This document shows, in pieces, positions 49,192 to 62,000 of a stretch of DNA of 63,797 nt. The stretch is from assembly GCF_039654945.1 (NCBI RefSeq), contig NW_027361898.1, positions 1,178,204 to 1,242,000 on the forward strand, given 5' to 3'. The stretch's first letter is position 1; each line of letters begins with the position of its first letter. The stretch comes from Dendrobates tinctorius. Taxonomy: Eukaryota. The notes under the pieces are model-generated. The model had not been told where the DNA came from. It searched no databases and worked only from the letters and a program-made list of their open reading frames with translations. The position numbers and the translations under genes were made by a program.

Positions 49192-50400
49192 GTAATGTAT
49201 GCACACAGTGACTGCACCAGCAGAATAGGGAGTGCAGCTCTGGGGTATAATACAGGATGTAACTCAGGATCAGTAAAGTAATGTATGTACACAGTGACTG
49301 CACCAGCTGAACAGTGAGTGCAGCTCTGGGGTATAATACAGCATGTAACTCAGGATCAGTAATGTAATGTATATACACAGTCTGCACCAGCAGAAAAGTG
49401 AGTGCAGCTCTGGAGTATAACACAGGATGTAACTCAGGATCAGTATAGGATCAGTAATGTGTATATACACAGTGAGTACACTAGCAGAATAGTGAGTGCA
49501 GCTCTGGAGTATAATATAGCATGTAACTCAGGATCAGTACAGGATAAGTAATGTAATGGATGTACACAGTGACTGCACCAGCAGAATAGTGAGTGCAGCT
49601 CTGGTGTATAATACAGGATGTAACTCAGGATCAGTACAGGATAAGAAATGTAATGTATGTACATAGTGACTGCACCAGCAGAATAGTGAGTGCAACTCTG
49701 GGGTATAATACAGGATGTAACTCAGGATTAGTACAGGATAAATAATGTATGTACCCAGTGACTCCACCAGCAGAAGTGAGTGCAGCTCTGGGGTATAATA
49801 CAGTATGTAACTCAGGATAAGTAATGTATGCACACAGTGACTGCACCAGCAGAATAGTGAGTGCAGCTCTGGAGTATGATACAGGATGTAACTCAAAATC
49901 AGTACAGGATCAGTAATGTATGTACACAGTGGCTGCACCAGCAGAATAGTGAGTGCAGCTCTGGGATATAATACAGGATCAGTACAGAATAAGTAATGTA
50001 ATGTAATTCACACAGTGACTGCACCAGCTGAATAGTGAGCGCAGCTCTGGAGTATAATACAGGATGTAACTCATAGTGTAATGTATGTACACAGTGACTG
50101 CACCAGCAGAATAGTGAGTCCAGCTCTGGAGTATAATACAGGATGTAACTCAGGATCAGTAATGTATGTACACAGTGACTGCACCAGCAGAATATTGAGT
50201 GCAGCTCTGGAGTATAATACAGGATGTAACTCAGGATCAGTACAGTGTCAGTAATGTACCGTATGTACACAGTGACTGCACCAGCAGAATAGTGAGTGCA
50301 GCTGTGAAGTATAATACAGGATGTTATTCAGGATCATTACAGGACAAGTAATGTATGTGTACAGTGACTGCACCAGCAGAATAGTGAGGAGTATAATCCA
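49192..50400 (-). repeat. Minisatellite, same family (right part)
   Basis: Array resumes in register after the insertion. Confidence 0.93.
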
Positions 50401-50790
50401 GGATGGTTTTTTTTTGGCCAAATATTTCCAAAACCTTTAATCTCTGTTTAGGTTTTACTTTGCTTTTTTTTTAATTTAATGCAGCATATGAGGGGCGCTC
50501 CATGTGAGGACTGTTGGTCGCTGCTGCTTCTCTCACGTATCAGTACAATGTTGTTTTTGCACTGCTTCTCTTCTGTGCCCAGACACTGCGCTGGAGAGTG
50601 TGTGATTGCCTCTTCCGATGCTCTCCTCTCCATGCTTTTTGCTTAGCCTCTGTGATCCATCCTCTTCACCCAGACCTTGTGCCTCCTCTACTTTCATCTA
50701 CTTTGTCATCTGCCCTTCCTAAAGACTTGGATGCTTTTCCTCCCTTTTCACACTCTGATCTGTCTACCTGATACTGTGAAAGGAGGGTAA

Positions 50791-51246
50791 AGGGCCTGTC
50801 ACACTAAGCGATATCGCTAGCAATATAGCTATAACGTCACTGGTTTTTGTGACGTTATAGCGATATTGCTAGCGATATCGCTATGTCTGATACTTACCTA
50901 CTTACCTCCGACCGCACCCCGCTGGTTATCGCTGATCGCGCGAGAACGTCCTGGGCCGTTTCTCGTCGTCACAGCAGGTAGCCCAGCAGGATGCTGACGA
51001 CGAGAAACGGCCCAGGACGTTCTCGCGCGATCAGCGATAACCAGCGTGGGAGCGGTGGACGCGGGCGGGAGGACGCAGGATCGCCTGATGTGACAGGTAA
51101 GTAGCGACCCCCGTCCCCTGCGATGTCGCTGGTGAGATCTGCCTATGTGACAGCTCACTAGCGACCACTTAGCGATGTACCAGCGATCCTGACCGCGTCA
51201 TATAGCTGGACGGGATCGCTGGTACATCGCTAAGTGTGACAGTAAC
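50791..51246. mobile_element. Palindromic MITE (AGCGAT/ATCGCT-rich)
   Basis: CTGTCACACTAAGCGAT...ATCGCTAAGTGTGACAG; central inverted repeat ~50921-51045. Confidence 0.8.
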
Positions 51247-51467
51247 TTGAGAGTAGATCAGTCCAGCCGTAAAAAGCACATTAATTATACGAAGGAGCTG
51301 TTCAGATTATAGTAGCAGAGCAGATAATGTAGATGAGCTGCACAGCCGGCTATTGTCCACAAACTACACAGACAATAGAACGAATTACATACAGACACTA
51401 CACAGAAGCTACAACAGCACAGCTGGTTATGTACAGGCGTTAGAGACTACAGCAGCACAGCTGGTTA

Positions 51468-53490
51468 CAGTTGTGCTAAAAAAAAAAAAATTCGTACCAC
51501 GGCAGAATTTTTGCTTTTTTGGCCTTTTTTCAGAGAACATGAATAACACCAAAACTGTTTCTCCACTTATGGTTAGCGGTTGGGTGAAGCCATTTATTGC
51601 CAAACTACTGTGTTTTCTCTTTTTAAATCATAATGACCACCCAAAACATCCAAATGACCCTGATCAAAAGTTTACATACCTCATTTCTTAATACCGTGTA
51701 TTGCCCCTCTAAATAATAACAGCTTGAAGTCTTTTGTGCTAGATGTGGTTCTTTATTTTCTCAGATGCTAAAGCTGGCCACTCTTCTTGACAAATAGTCT
51801 CCAGTTCCTGTAAATTCCTGGGCTGTCTAGCATGAACTGCACGCTTGAGATCTTCCCAGAGTGGCTCAATGATATTGAGGTCAGGAGACTGAGATGGCCA
51901 CTCCAGAACCTTCACTCTGTTCTGCTGTAGCCAATGACAGGTCGACTTGACCTTGTGTTTTGGATCGTTGTCATGTTGGAATATCCAAGTACGTCCCATG
52001 CGCAACTTCCGGGCTGATGATTGCAAATTTGCCTCCAGTATTTGCTGATAATGTGCTGCATTCATCTTTCCTTCAACTTTGACCAAGTTTCCTGTGCCTT
52101 TGCAGCTCACAAATCCCCAAACATCAGCGCTCAAAGTACGTGCTTCACAGTAGGAATGGTGTTCCTTTCATCATAGGCCTTGTTTACCTCTCTCCAAATG
52201 TAACGTTTACGATTGTGGCCAAAACGTTCAATTTTGGTCTCATCACTCAATATTACCTTATTCCAGAAGTTTTGAGGCTTGTCTCTGAGCTGTTTTGCAT
52301 ATTGCAGGCGAGATACTTTGTGGCATTTGCATAGTAATGGCTTTCTTCTGGCAACTCGACCATGCAGCCCATTTTTTTTTTTCCAAGTGCCAACTTTTTG
52401 TGCATCTTGAAACCACCACCACACCGTGAGTTTTCAGAGAGTCCAGTATTTCAGCTGAGGTTATTTGTGGGTTTTTCTTTGTATCGTGAACAATTTTCCT
52501 GGCAGTTGTGGACAAAATTTTTGTTGGTCTACCTGACCGTGGTGTTTTTTTTTTTTTTTACAGAGCCCCTGAGTTTTCCACTTGTTAATCACAATTTAAA
52601 TGCTGTTGACTGGCATTATCAATTTCTTGGATATCTTTTTGTATCCCTTTCCTGTTTTATACAGTTCAATTACCTTTTCCCGTAGATCTGTTGACAATTC
52701 TTTTGTTTCCATAACTCACAATCCAGAAACGTCAATGGCTGGATGAAAGATGCAAGAGTCTGTCTGGATCACAGAAACTCACTCAGCTTTTATGCACACA
52801 TTGATTACAAAAAAAAACAGGTCACAGGTGAGGAGGCTACCTTTAGTAGCCATTCAAACCCATGTGTGTCAACTTCTGTGCATGTTATCAGGCCAAAATC
52901 ACAAGTGTATAGGCCCCGTCACACACAACGAGATCGCTGATTTTGTGACGCCACAATGTTCTGGCCAGAGACACTTCTGTGTGTGACATGGATCAGCGAC
53001 CGGCCCCCCTGCTGGGTATCGCTGATCGCGCTGGAATGTCCTGGGCCATTTTTTGATCATTGGTCTCCCTCTGGCCAGCGCGCATCGCTGCGTGTGTCAG
53101 CGAGAGACCAGCGATCAACGACTCTGGTTTCCAATTTAAACAGCGGGTATCCAGGAGCTGCGCGGCTCTTAGATACCCGCTGTTTACATTGAAAACCAGC
53201 TTGCTCGCTGGTGGATCTGTCTATGTGACAGCTCACCAGCGATCACCTATGTCACAGCGATCCCATCCATGTCGGATCATTGGTGGGATCGCTGGGACAT
53301 TGATACGTGTAACGGGGTATGTGAAATTTTGATCAGGGTCATTTGGATGTTTTGAGTTGTCATGATTTACCCAGCCACTAACCATGAGTGGAGAAAAAGT
53401 TTTGGTGTTATCATTCATATTCTCTAAAAAAAAAAAAAGGCCAAAACAGCAAAAACTCTGCCGGGGTATGTAAACTTTTGAGCACAACTG
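51468..53490 (-). mobile_element. Tc1-family DNA transposon (IR/DR type), decayed transposase
   Basis: TA|CAGTTGTGCT...AGCACAACTG|TA; ~200-bp TIRs; SDETKI, FQHDNDPKH, SPDLNIIE DDE motifs in broken frames ~51690-52690. Confidence 0.93.
52911..53316. mobile_element. MITE related to the 50791 element, nested in the Tc1
   Basis: CCCCGTCACAC...GTGTAACGGGG; shares GCTATGTGACAGCTCAC-like and ATCGCTG motifs with 50791-51246. Confidence 0.7.
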
Positions 53491-53547
53491 TATGAACGTG
53501 AGTTACTCAGACTCTACAGCAGCACAGCTGCTTGTATACAAGAATTA

Positions 53548-54590
53548 CACAGAGACTACAGCAGCAGTGCTGGTGATGTATGCAAGTTACACAGAGACTG
53601 CAGCAGCAGAGCTAGTGATGTATGCAAGTTACACAGAGGCTGCAGCAGCAGAGCTGGTGATGTATGCAAGTTACACAGAGGCTGCAGCAGCAGAGCTGGT
53701 GATGTATGCAAGTTACACAGAGACTGCAGCAGCAGAGCTGGTGATGTATGCAAGTTACACAGAGGCTGCAGCAGCAGAGCTGGTGATGTATGCAAGTTAC
53801 ACAGAGACTGCAGCAGCAGAGCTGGTGATGTATGCAAGTTACACAGAGACTGCAGCAGCAGAGCTGGTGATGTATGCAAGTTACACAGAGACTGCAGCAG
53901 CAGAGCTGGTGATGTATGCAAGTTACACAGAGACTGCAGCAGCAGAGCTGGTGATGTATGCAAGTTACACAGAGACTGCAGCAGCAGAGCTGGTGATGTA
54001 TGCAAGTTACACAGAGACTGCAGCAGCAGAGCTGGTGATGTATGCAAGTTACACAGAGACTGCAGCAGCAGTGCTGGTGATGTATGCAAGTTACACAGAG
54101 ACTGCAGCAGCAGAGCTGGTGATGTATGCAAGTTACACAGAGACTGCAGCAGCCGAGCTGGTGATGTATGCAAGTTACACAGAGACTGCAGCAGCCGAGC
54201 TGGTGATGTATGCAAGTTACACAGAGACTGCAGCAGCCGAGCTGGTGATGTATGCAAGTTACACAGAGACTGCAGCAGCCGAGCTGGTGATGTATGCAAG
54301 TTACACAGAGACTGCAGCAGCCGAGCTGGTGATGTATGCAAGTTACACAGAGACTGCAGCAGCCGAGCTGGTGATGTATGCAAGTTACACAGAGACTGCA
54401 GCAGCCGAGCTGGTGATGTATGCAAGTTACACAGAGACTGCAGCAGCCGAGCTGGTGATGTATGCAAGTTACACAGAGACTGCAGCAGCAGAGCTGGTGA
54501 TGTATGCAAGTTACACAGAGACTGCAGCAGCAGAGCTGGTGATGTATGCAAGTTACACAGAGACTGCAGCAGCAGAGCTGGTGATGTACT
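53548..54590. repeat. 42-bp minisatellite, ~25 highly homogeneous copies
   Basis: Unit GAGCTGGTGATGTATGCAAGTTACACAGAGACTGCAGCAGCA. Confidence 0.97.
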
Positions 54591-55104
54591 GGAGCTATAC
54601 CCATGCTACACGGCTTCAGCCAGCTTTTTTCTATGAACTATAGAGTCTCTACAGCAGTACAGCTGTCTGTTTACAGGAGACGCTACAAGATAGTAGGAAA
54701 TTTTTAATGAATACTTAAGTTGCCTAATTTTGCATTTAGGACTTAAAGAAGCATTGAGACATAATCCTGGGCAAAGGGTGCCTAGCCTTCAGGATGATTG
54801 CGTGCGCACTCCTGTTGGATTAACACACATCTTGTCCATTTTGCTGCACAATGGTGATCTGCGAGTGTACTCCATCCTCTGCCCCCAGCTTGTTCCAGAT
54901 GTTTGGTGAAATAAAGCACAAAAGTAACATAACACTGTGCTGCTGTAACAGACATTACTATATATTTAAAAGTACAATATACAAAAAGAAATCTCTTATC
55001 CAATAAGTAACAATTGATGATAAATTGTTGCATCTCTTGTCCAAAATGAGCCCTGCTCCCGCAAGGTTCATGGCTGTACAGTGATCATAGAAGGGGGATG
55101 TTAA

Positions 55105-55332
55105 AGGGAAACTGCAGTCAAGTCCTTGATAACACCCCGTACCCATGACTGGACTGTAAATGGCCAAAAGGGTTGGAGTGTGACACAGGCGCATGGTTGT
55201 CATGTGGAGACTACCGTCCCAGCGACTGCAGAACGGAGAGGAGACTTATTTTTTACTGGACGCTTCCTTTAATAACCGCTAAAATATTAGTGAACTGATT
55301 GATGTAAAAGGACAAAAAAGTGGCGTTCCCCT
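55105..55332. mobile_element. Degenerate T2-type MITE downstream of the qrfp stop codon
   Basis: TTAA|AGGGAAAC...GTTCCCCT|TTAA. Confidence 0.5.
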
Positions 55333-55582
55333 TTAATCTAGCAATACTTCTAAGTAGGGAGCGTGCAGACGTCGTGTCTTCCTTTCTGCGGATCTGTTGC
55401 CCTTTAGTGTTTGCTACAGAAGAAGTTATCGACTTGTTTGAGATTGGATTCTGCCGGTGTTTGCGCAGCTGTTCAGGTTGCAGGATGACTCCGCAGCGGA
55501 GACTCGGAGGGGATGAACAGGAGATAGAAAACTGATTAGAAAGGTTCCCGCTGGGAACGCGATGGAACGCGCAGAGCGCAAC

Positions 55583-55996
55583 CTATCGTCGGCCAAAGCG
55601 GAAGCTGAAGCCGCCTTTCTTTCGGTTGTATCCGTTCAGTTCCTCGGCCAGAGATCCGAGGGCACTGGCGCTGCGCTTGTCCAGTTCTGGCTCCAGGTTT
55701 TCCACTTCGTTCCCTTCTTCTCTCCTTCCAAACCTGAATCGGAATCCAGCCCTCTCCTTCCCGAAGCCCTGCAGCTCCTTGGCCACACTGAATAATGAGG
55801 CCAGGTCTGTGGACTTCTTATCTCTGGGGCCGTCGTCTTGTAGGAAAGGTCCAGGGAGGGCTGCGGCCGGTTCAGGCAGGAGCTGCCACAAGCGGACCCT
55901 CTCCCAAGGCACAGGGTCCTCCATCATCTCCTGCAGACAGCAGCGGGACCCCCAGACGAGGAAGAGCAGAAGGGAGACGCCGTGTGCACCGCGCAT
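55583..55996 (-). CDS. qrfp: Orexigenic neuropeptide QRFP / 26RFa precursor (137 aa)
   Basis: Hydrophobic signal peptide; C-terminus KR-SASALGSLAEELNGYNRKKGGFSFRF-GRR*; convergent with abl1 as in mammals. Confidence 0.97.
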   Translation of the reverse strand: MRGAHGVSLLLFLVWGSRCCLQEMMEDPVPWERVRLWQLLPEPAAALPGPFLQDDGPRDKKSTDLASLFSVAKELQGFGKERAGFRFRFGRREEGNEVENLEPELDKRSASALGSLAEELNGYNRKKGGFSFRFGRR

Positions 55997-56016
55997 CTAG
56001 GACAGAGGATGGCATG

Positions 56017-59000
56017 GGGTTAGATACAGAGCTCAGCAGGCAGTATCACACAGGATAGGGTTAGATACAGAGCTCAGCAGGCAGTATCACACAGGATAGG
56101 GTTAGATACAGAGCTCAGCAGGCAGTATCACACAGGATAGGGTTAGATACAGAGCTCAGCAGTCAGTATCACACAGGATAGGATTAGATACAGAGCTCAG
56201 CAGGCAGTATCACACAGGATAGGGTTAGATACAGAGCTCAGCAGGCAGTATCACACAGGATAGGGTTAGATACAGAGCTCAGCAGGCAGTATCACACAGG
56301 ATAGGGTTAGATACAGAGCTCAGCAGGCAGTATCACACAGGATAGGATTAGATACAGAGCTCAGCAGGCAGTATCACACAGGATAGGGTTAGATACAGAG
56401 CTCAGCAGGCAGTATCACACAGGATAGGGTTAGATACAGAGCTCAGCAGGCAGTATCACACAGGATAGGGTTAGATACAGAGCTCAGCAGGCAGTATCAC
56501 ACAGGATAGGGTTAGATACAGAGCTCAGCAGGCAGTATCACACAGGATAGGGTTAGATACAGAGCTCAGCAGGCAGTATCACACAGGATAGGGTTAGATA
56601 CACGGCTCAGCAGTCAGTATCACACAGGATAGGGTTAGATACAGAGCTCAGCAGGCAGTATCACACAGGATAGGGTTAGATACAGAGCTCAGCAGGCAGT
56701 ATCACACAGGATAGGGTTAGATACAGAGCTCAGCAGTCAGTATCACACAGGATAGGGTTAGATACACAGCTCAGCAGCCAGTATCACACAGGATAGGGTT
56801 AGATACAGAGCTCAGCAGTCAGTATCACACAGGATAGGGTTAGATACACGGCTCAGCAGTCAGTATCACACAGGATAGGGTTAGATACAGAGCTCAGCAG
56901 GCAGTATCACACAGGATAGGGTTAGATACAGAGCTCAGCAGGCAGTATCACACAGGATAGGGTTAGATACAGAGCTCAGCAGGCAGTATCACACAGGATA
57001 GGGTTAGATACACAGCTCAGCAGGCAGTATCACACAGGATAGGGTTAGATACAGAGCTCAGCAGGCAGTATCACACAGGATAGGGTTAGATACACAGCTC
57101 AGCAGGCAGTATCACACAGGATAGGGTTAGATACAGAGCTCAGCAGGCAGTATCACACAGGATAGGATTAGATACAGAGCTCAGCAGGCAGTATCACACA
57201 GGATAGGGTTAGATACAGAGCTCAGCAGGCAGTATCACACAGGATAGGGTTAGATACAGAGCTCAGCAGGCAGTATCACACAGGATAGGGTTAGATACAG
57301 AGCTCAGCAGGCAGTATCACACAGGATAGGGTTAGATACAGAGCTCAGCAGGCAGTATCACACAGGATAGGGTTAGATACAGAGCTCAGCAGGCAGTATC
57401 ACACAGGATAGGGTTAGATACACGGCTCAGCAGTCAGTATCACACAGGATAGGGTTAGATACAGAGCTCAGCAGGCAGTATCACACAGGATAGGGTTAGA
57501 TACAGAGCTCAGCAGGCAGTATCACACAGGATAGGGTTAGATACAGAGCTCAGCAGTCAGTATCACACAGGATAGGGTTAGATACACAGCTCAGCAGCCA
57601 GTATCACACAGGATAGGGTTAGATACAGAGCTCAGCAGTCAGTATCACACAGGATAGGGTTAGATACACGGCTCAGCAGTCAGTATCACACAGGATAGGG
57701 TTAGATACAGAGCTCAGCAGGCAGTATCACACAGGATAGGGTTAGATACAGAGCTCAGCAGGCAGTATCACACAGGATAGGGTTAGATACAGAGCTCAGC
57801 AGGCAGTATCACACAGGATAGGGTTAGATACACAGCTCAGCAGGCAGTATCACACAGGATAGGGTTAGATACAGAGCTCAGCAGGCAGTATCACACAGGA
57901 TAGGGTTAGATACACAGCTCAGCAGGCAGTATCACACAGGATAGGGTTAGATACAGAGCTCAGCAGGCAGTATCACACAGGATAGGATTAGATACAGAGC
58001 TCAGCAGGCAGTATCACACAGGATAGGGTTAGATACAGAGCTCAGCAGGCAGTATCACACAGGATAGGGTTAGATACAGAGCTCAGCAGGCAGTATCACA
58101 CAGGATAGGGTTAGATACAGAGCTCAGCAGGCAGTATCACACAGGATAGGGTTAGATACAGAGCTCAGCAGGCAGTATCACACAGGATAGGGTTAGATAC
58201 AGAGCTCAGCAGGCAGTATCACACAGGATAGGGTTAGATACAGATCTCAGCAGGCAGTATCACACAGGATAGGGTTAGATACAGAGCTCAGCAGGCAGTA
58301 TCACACAGGATAGGGTTAGATACAGAGCTAAGCAGACAGTATCACACAGGATAGGGTTAGATACAGAGCTCAGCAGGCAGTATCACACAGGATAGGGTTA
58401 GATACAGAGCTCAGCAGGCAGTATCACACAGGATAGGGTTAGATACAGAGCTCAGCAGGCAGTATCACACAGGATAGGATTAGATACAGAGCTCAGCAGA
58501 CAGTATCACACAGGATAGAATTAGATACACGGCTCAGCAGACAGTATCACACAGGATAGGATTAGATACACAACTCAGCAGTCAGTATCACACAGGATAG
58601 GATTAGATACACAACTCAGCAGTCAGTATCACACAGGATAGGGTTAGATACACAGCTCAGCAGACAGTATCACACAGGATAGGGTTAGATACAGAGCTCA
58701 GCAGGCAGTATCACACAGGATAGGGTTAGATACAGAGCTCAGCAGACAGTATCACACAGGATAGAATTAGATACACGGCTCAGCAGACAGTATCACACAG
58801 GATAGGATTAGATACACAGCTCAGCAGACAGTATCACACAGGATAGGATTAGATACCCGGCTCAGCAGACAGTATCACACAGGATAGGATTAGATACACG
58901 GCTCATCAGTCAGTATCACACAGGATAGGATTAGATACACGGCTCAGAAGACAGCATCACACAGGATAGGATTAGATACAGAGCTCAGCAGGCAGCGTCA

Positions 59001-62000
59001 CACAGAATAGGATTAGATACACAGCTCAGCAGTCAGTATCACACAGGATAGGATTAGATACATGGCTCAGCAGACAGTATCACACAGGATAGGATTAGAT
59101 ACACAGCCCAGCACTCAGTATCACACAGGATAGGATTAGGTACATGGCTCAGCAGGCAGTGTCACACAGGATAGGATTAGATAGAGAGCTCAACAGGCAG
59201 TATCACACAGGATAGGATTAGATACAGAGCTCAGCAGGCAGTATCACACAGGATAGGATTAGATACAGAGCTCAGCAGGCAGTATCACACAGGATAGGAT
59301 TAGATACAGAGCTCAGCAGTCAGTATCACACAGGATAGGATTAGATACACGGCTCAGCAGTCAGTATCACACAGGATAGGATTAGATACACGGCTCAGCA
59401 GTCAGTATCACACAGGATAGGATTAGATACACGGCTCAGCAGTCAGTATCACACAGGATAGGATTAGATACACGGCTCAGCAGTCAGTATCACACAGGAT
59501 AGGATTAGATACATGGCTCAGCAGACAGTATCACACAGGATAGGATTAGATACACAGCCCAGCACTCAGTATCACACAGGATAGGATTAGATACACAGCT
59601 CAGCAGACAGTGTCACACAGAATAGGATTAGATACACAGCTCAGCAGTCAGTATCACACAGGATAGGATTAGATACATGGCTCAGCAGACAGTATCACAC
59701 AGGATAGGATTAGATACACAGCCCAGCACTCAGTATCACACAGGATAGGATTAGGTACATGGCTCAGCAGGCAGTGTCACACAGGATAGGATTAGATACA
59801 GAGCTCAACAGGCAGTATCACACAGGATAGGATTAGATACAGAGCTCAGCAGGCAGTATCACACAGGATAGCATTAGATACAGAGCTCAGCAGTCAGTAT
59901 CACACAGGATAGGATTAGATACACGGCTCAGCAGTCAGTATCACACAGGATAGGATTAGATACACAGCTCAGCAGTCAGTATCACACAGGATAGGATTAG
60001 ATACAGAGCTCAGCAGACAGTATCACACAGGATAGAATTAGATACACGGCTCAGCAGACAGTATCACACAGGATAGGATTAGATACACAGCTCAGCAGTC
60101 AGTATCACACAGGATAGGGTTAGATACACAGCTCAGCAGACAGTATCACACAGGATAGGGTTAGATACAGAGCTCAGCAGGCAGTATCACACAGGATAGG
60201 GTTAGATACAGAGCTCAGCAGACAGTATCACACAGGATAGAATTAGATACACGGCTCAGCAGACAGTATCACACAGGATAGGATTAGATACACAGCTCAG
60301 CAGACAGTATCACACAGGATAGGATTAGATACCCGGCTCAGCAGACAGTATCACACAGGATAGGATTAGATACACGGCTCATCAGTCAGTATCACACAGG
60401 ATAGGATTAGATACACGGCTCAGAAGACAGCATCACACAGGATAGGATTAGATACAGAGCTCAGCAGGCAGTGTCACACAGAATAGGATTAGATACACAG
60501 CTCAGCAGTCAGTATCACACAGGATAGGATTAGATACATGGCTCAGCAGACAGTATCACACAGGATAGGATTAGATACACAGCCCAGCACTCAGTATCAC
60601 ACAGGATAGGATTAGGTACATGGCTCAGCAGGCAGTGTCACAGGATAGGATTAGATAGAGAGCTCAACAGGCAGTATCACACAGGATAGGATTAGATACA
60701 GAGCTCAGCAGGCAGTATCACACAGGATAGGATTAGATACAGAGCTCAGCAGGCAGTATCACACAGGATAGGATTAGATACAGAGCTCAGCAGTCAGTAT
60801 CACACAGGATAGGATTAGATACACGGCTCAGCAGTCAGTATCACACAGGATAGGATTAGATACACAGCTCAGCAGTCAGTATCACACAGGATAGGATTAG
60901 ATACACGGCTCAGCAGTCAGTATCACACAGGATAGGATTAGATACACAGCTCAGCAGTCAGTATCACACAGGATAGGATTAGATACACGGCTCAGCAGTC
61001 AGTATCACACAGGATAGGATTAGATACATGGCTCAGCAGACAGTATCACACAGGATAGGATTAGATACACAGCCCAGCACTCAGTATCACACAGGATAGG
61101 ATTAGATACACAGCTCAGCAGACAGTGTCACACAGAATAGGATTAGATACACAGCTCAGCAGTCAGTATCACACAGGATAGGATTAGATACACGGCTCAG
61201 CAGACAGTATCACACAGGATAGGATTAGATACACAGCCCAGCACTCAGTATCACACAGGATAGGATTAGGTACATGGCTCAGCAGGCAGTGTCACACAGG
61301 ATAGGATTAGATACAGAGCTCAACAGGCAGTATCACACAGGATAGGATTAGATACAGAGCTCAGCAGGCAGTATCACACAGGATAGCATTAGATACAGAG
61401 CTCAGCAGTCAGTATCACACAGGATAGGATTAGATACACGGCTCAGCAGTCAGTATCACACAGGATAGGATTAGATACACAGCTCAGCAGTCAGTATCAC
61501 ACAGGATAGGATTAGATACACGGCTCAGCAGACAGTATCACACAGGAAAGGATTAGATACACGGCTCAGCACACAGTATCACACAGGATAGGATTAGATA
61601 CACAGCTCAGCAGACAGTATCACACAGGATAGAATTAGATACACGGCTCAGCAGTCAGTATCACACAGGATAGGGTTAGATACAGAGCTCAGCAGGCAGT
61701 ATCACACAGGATAGGATTAGATACACAGCTCAGCAGGCAGTATCACACAGGATAGAATTAGATACACGGCTCAGCAGTCAGTATCACACAGGATAGGATT
61801 AGATACACGGCTCAGCAGTCAGTATCACACAGGATAGGATTAGACACATGGCTCAGCAGTCAGTATCACACAGGATAGGATTAGATACACGGCTCAGCAG
61901 ACAGTATCACACAGGATAGAATTAGATACACGGCTCAGCAGTCAGTATCACACAGGATAGGATTAGATACACGGCTCAGCAGACAGTACCACACAGGATA

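Noticed and set aside
47490-50270. Many similar short ORFs ([18 protein letters not shown])
   Set aside because: Translations of the minisatellite
53492-54643. 383-aa ORF and two 330-aa antisense ORFs
   Set aside because: Artefacts of a stop-free 42-bp repeat unit divisible by 3; no synonymous-site pattern or gene context
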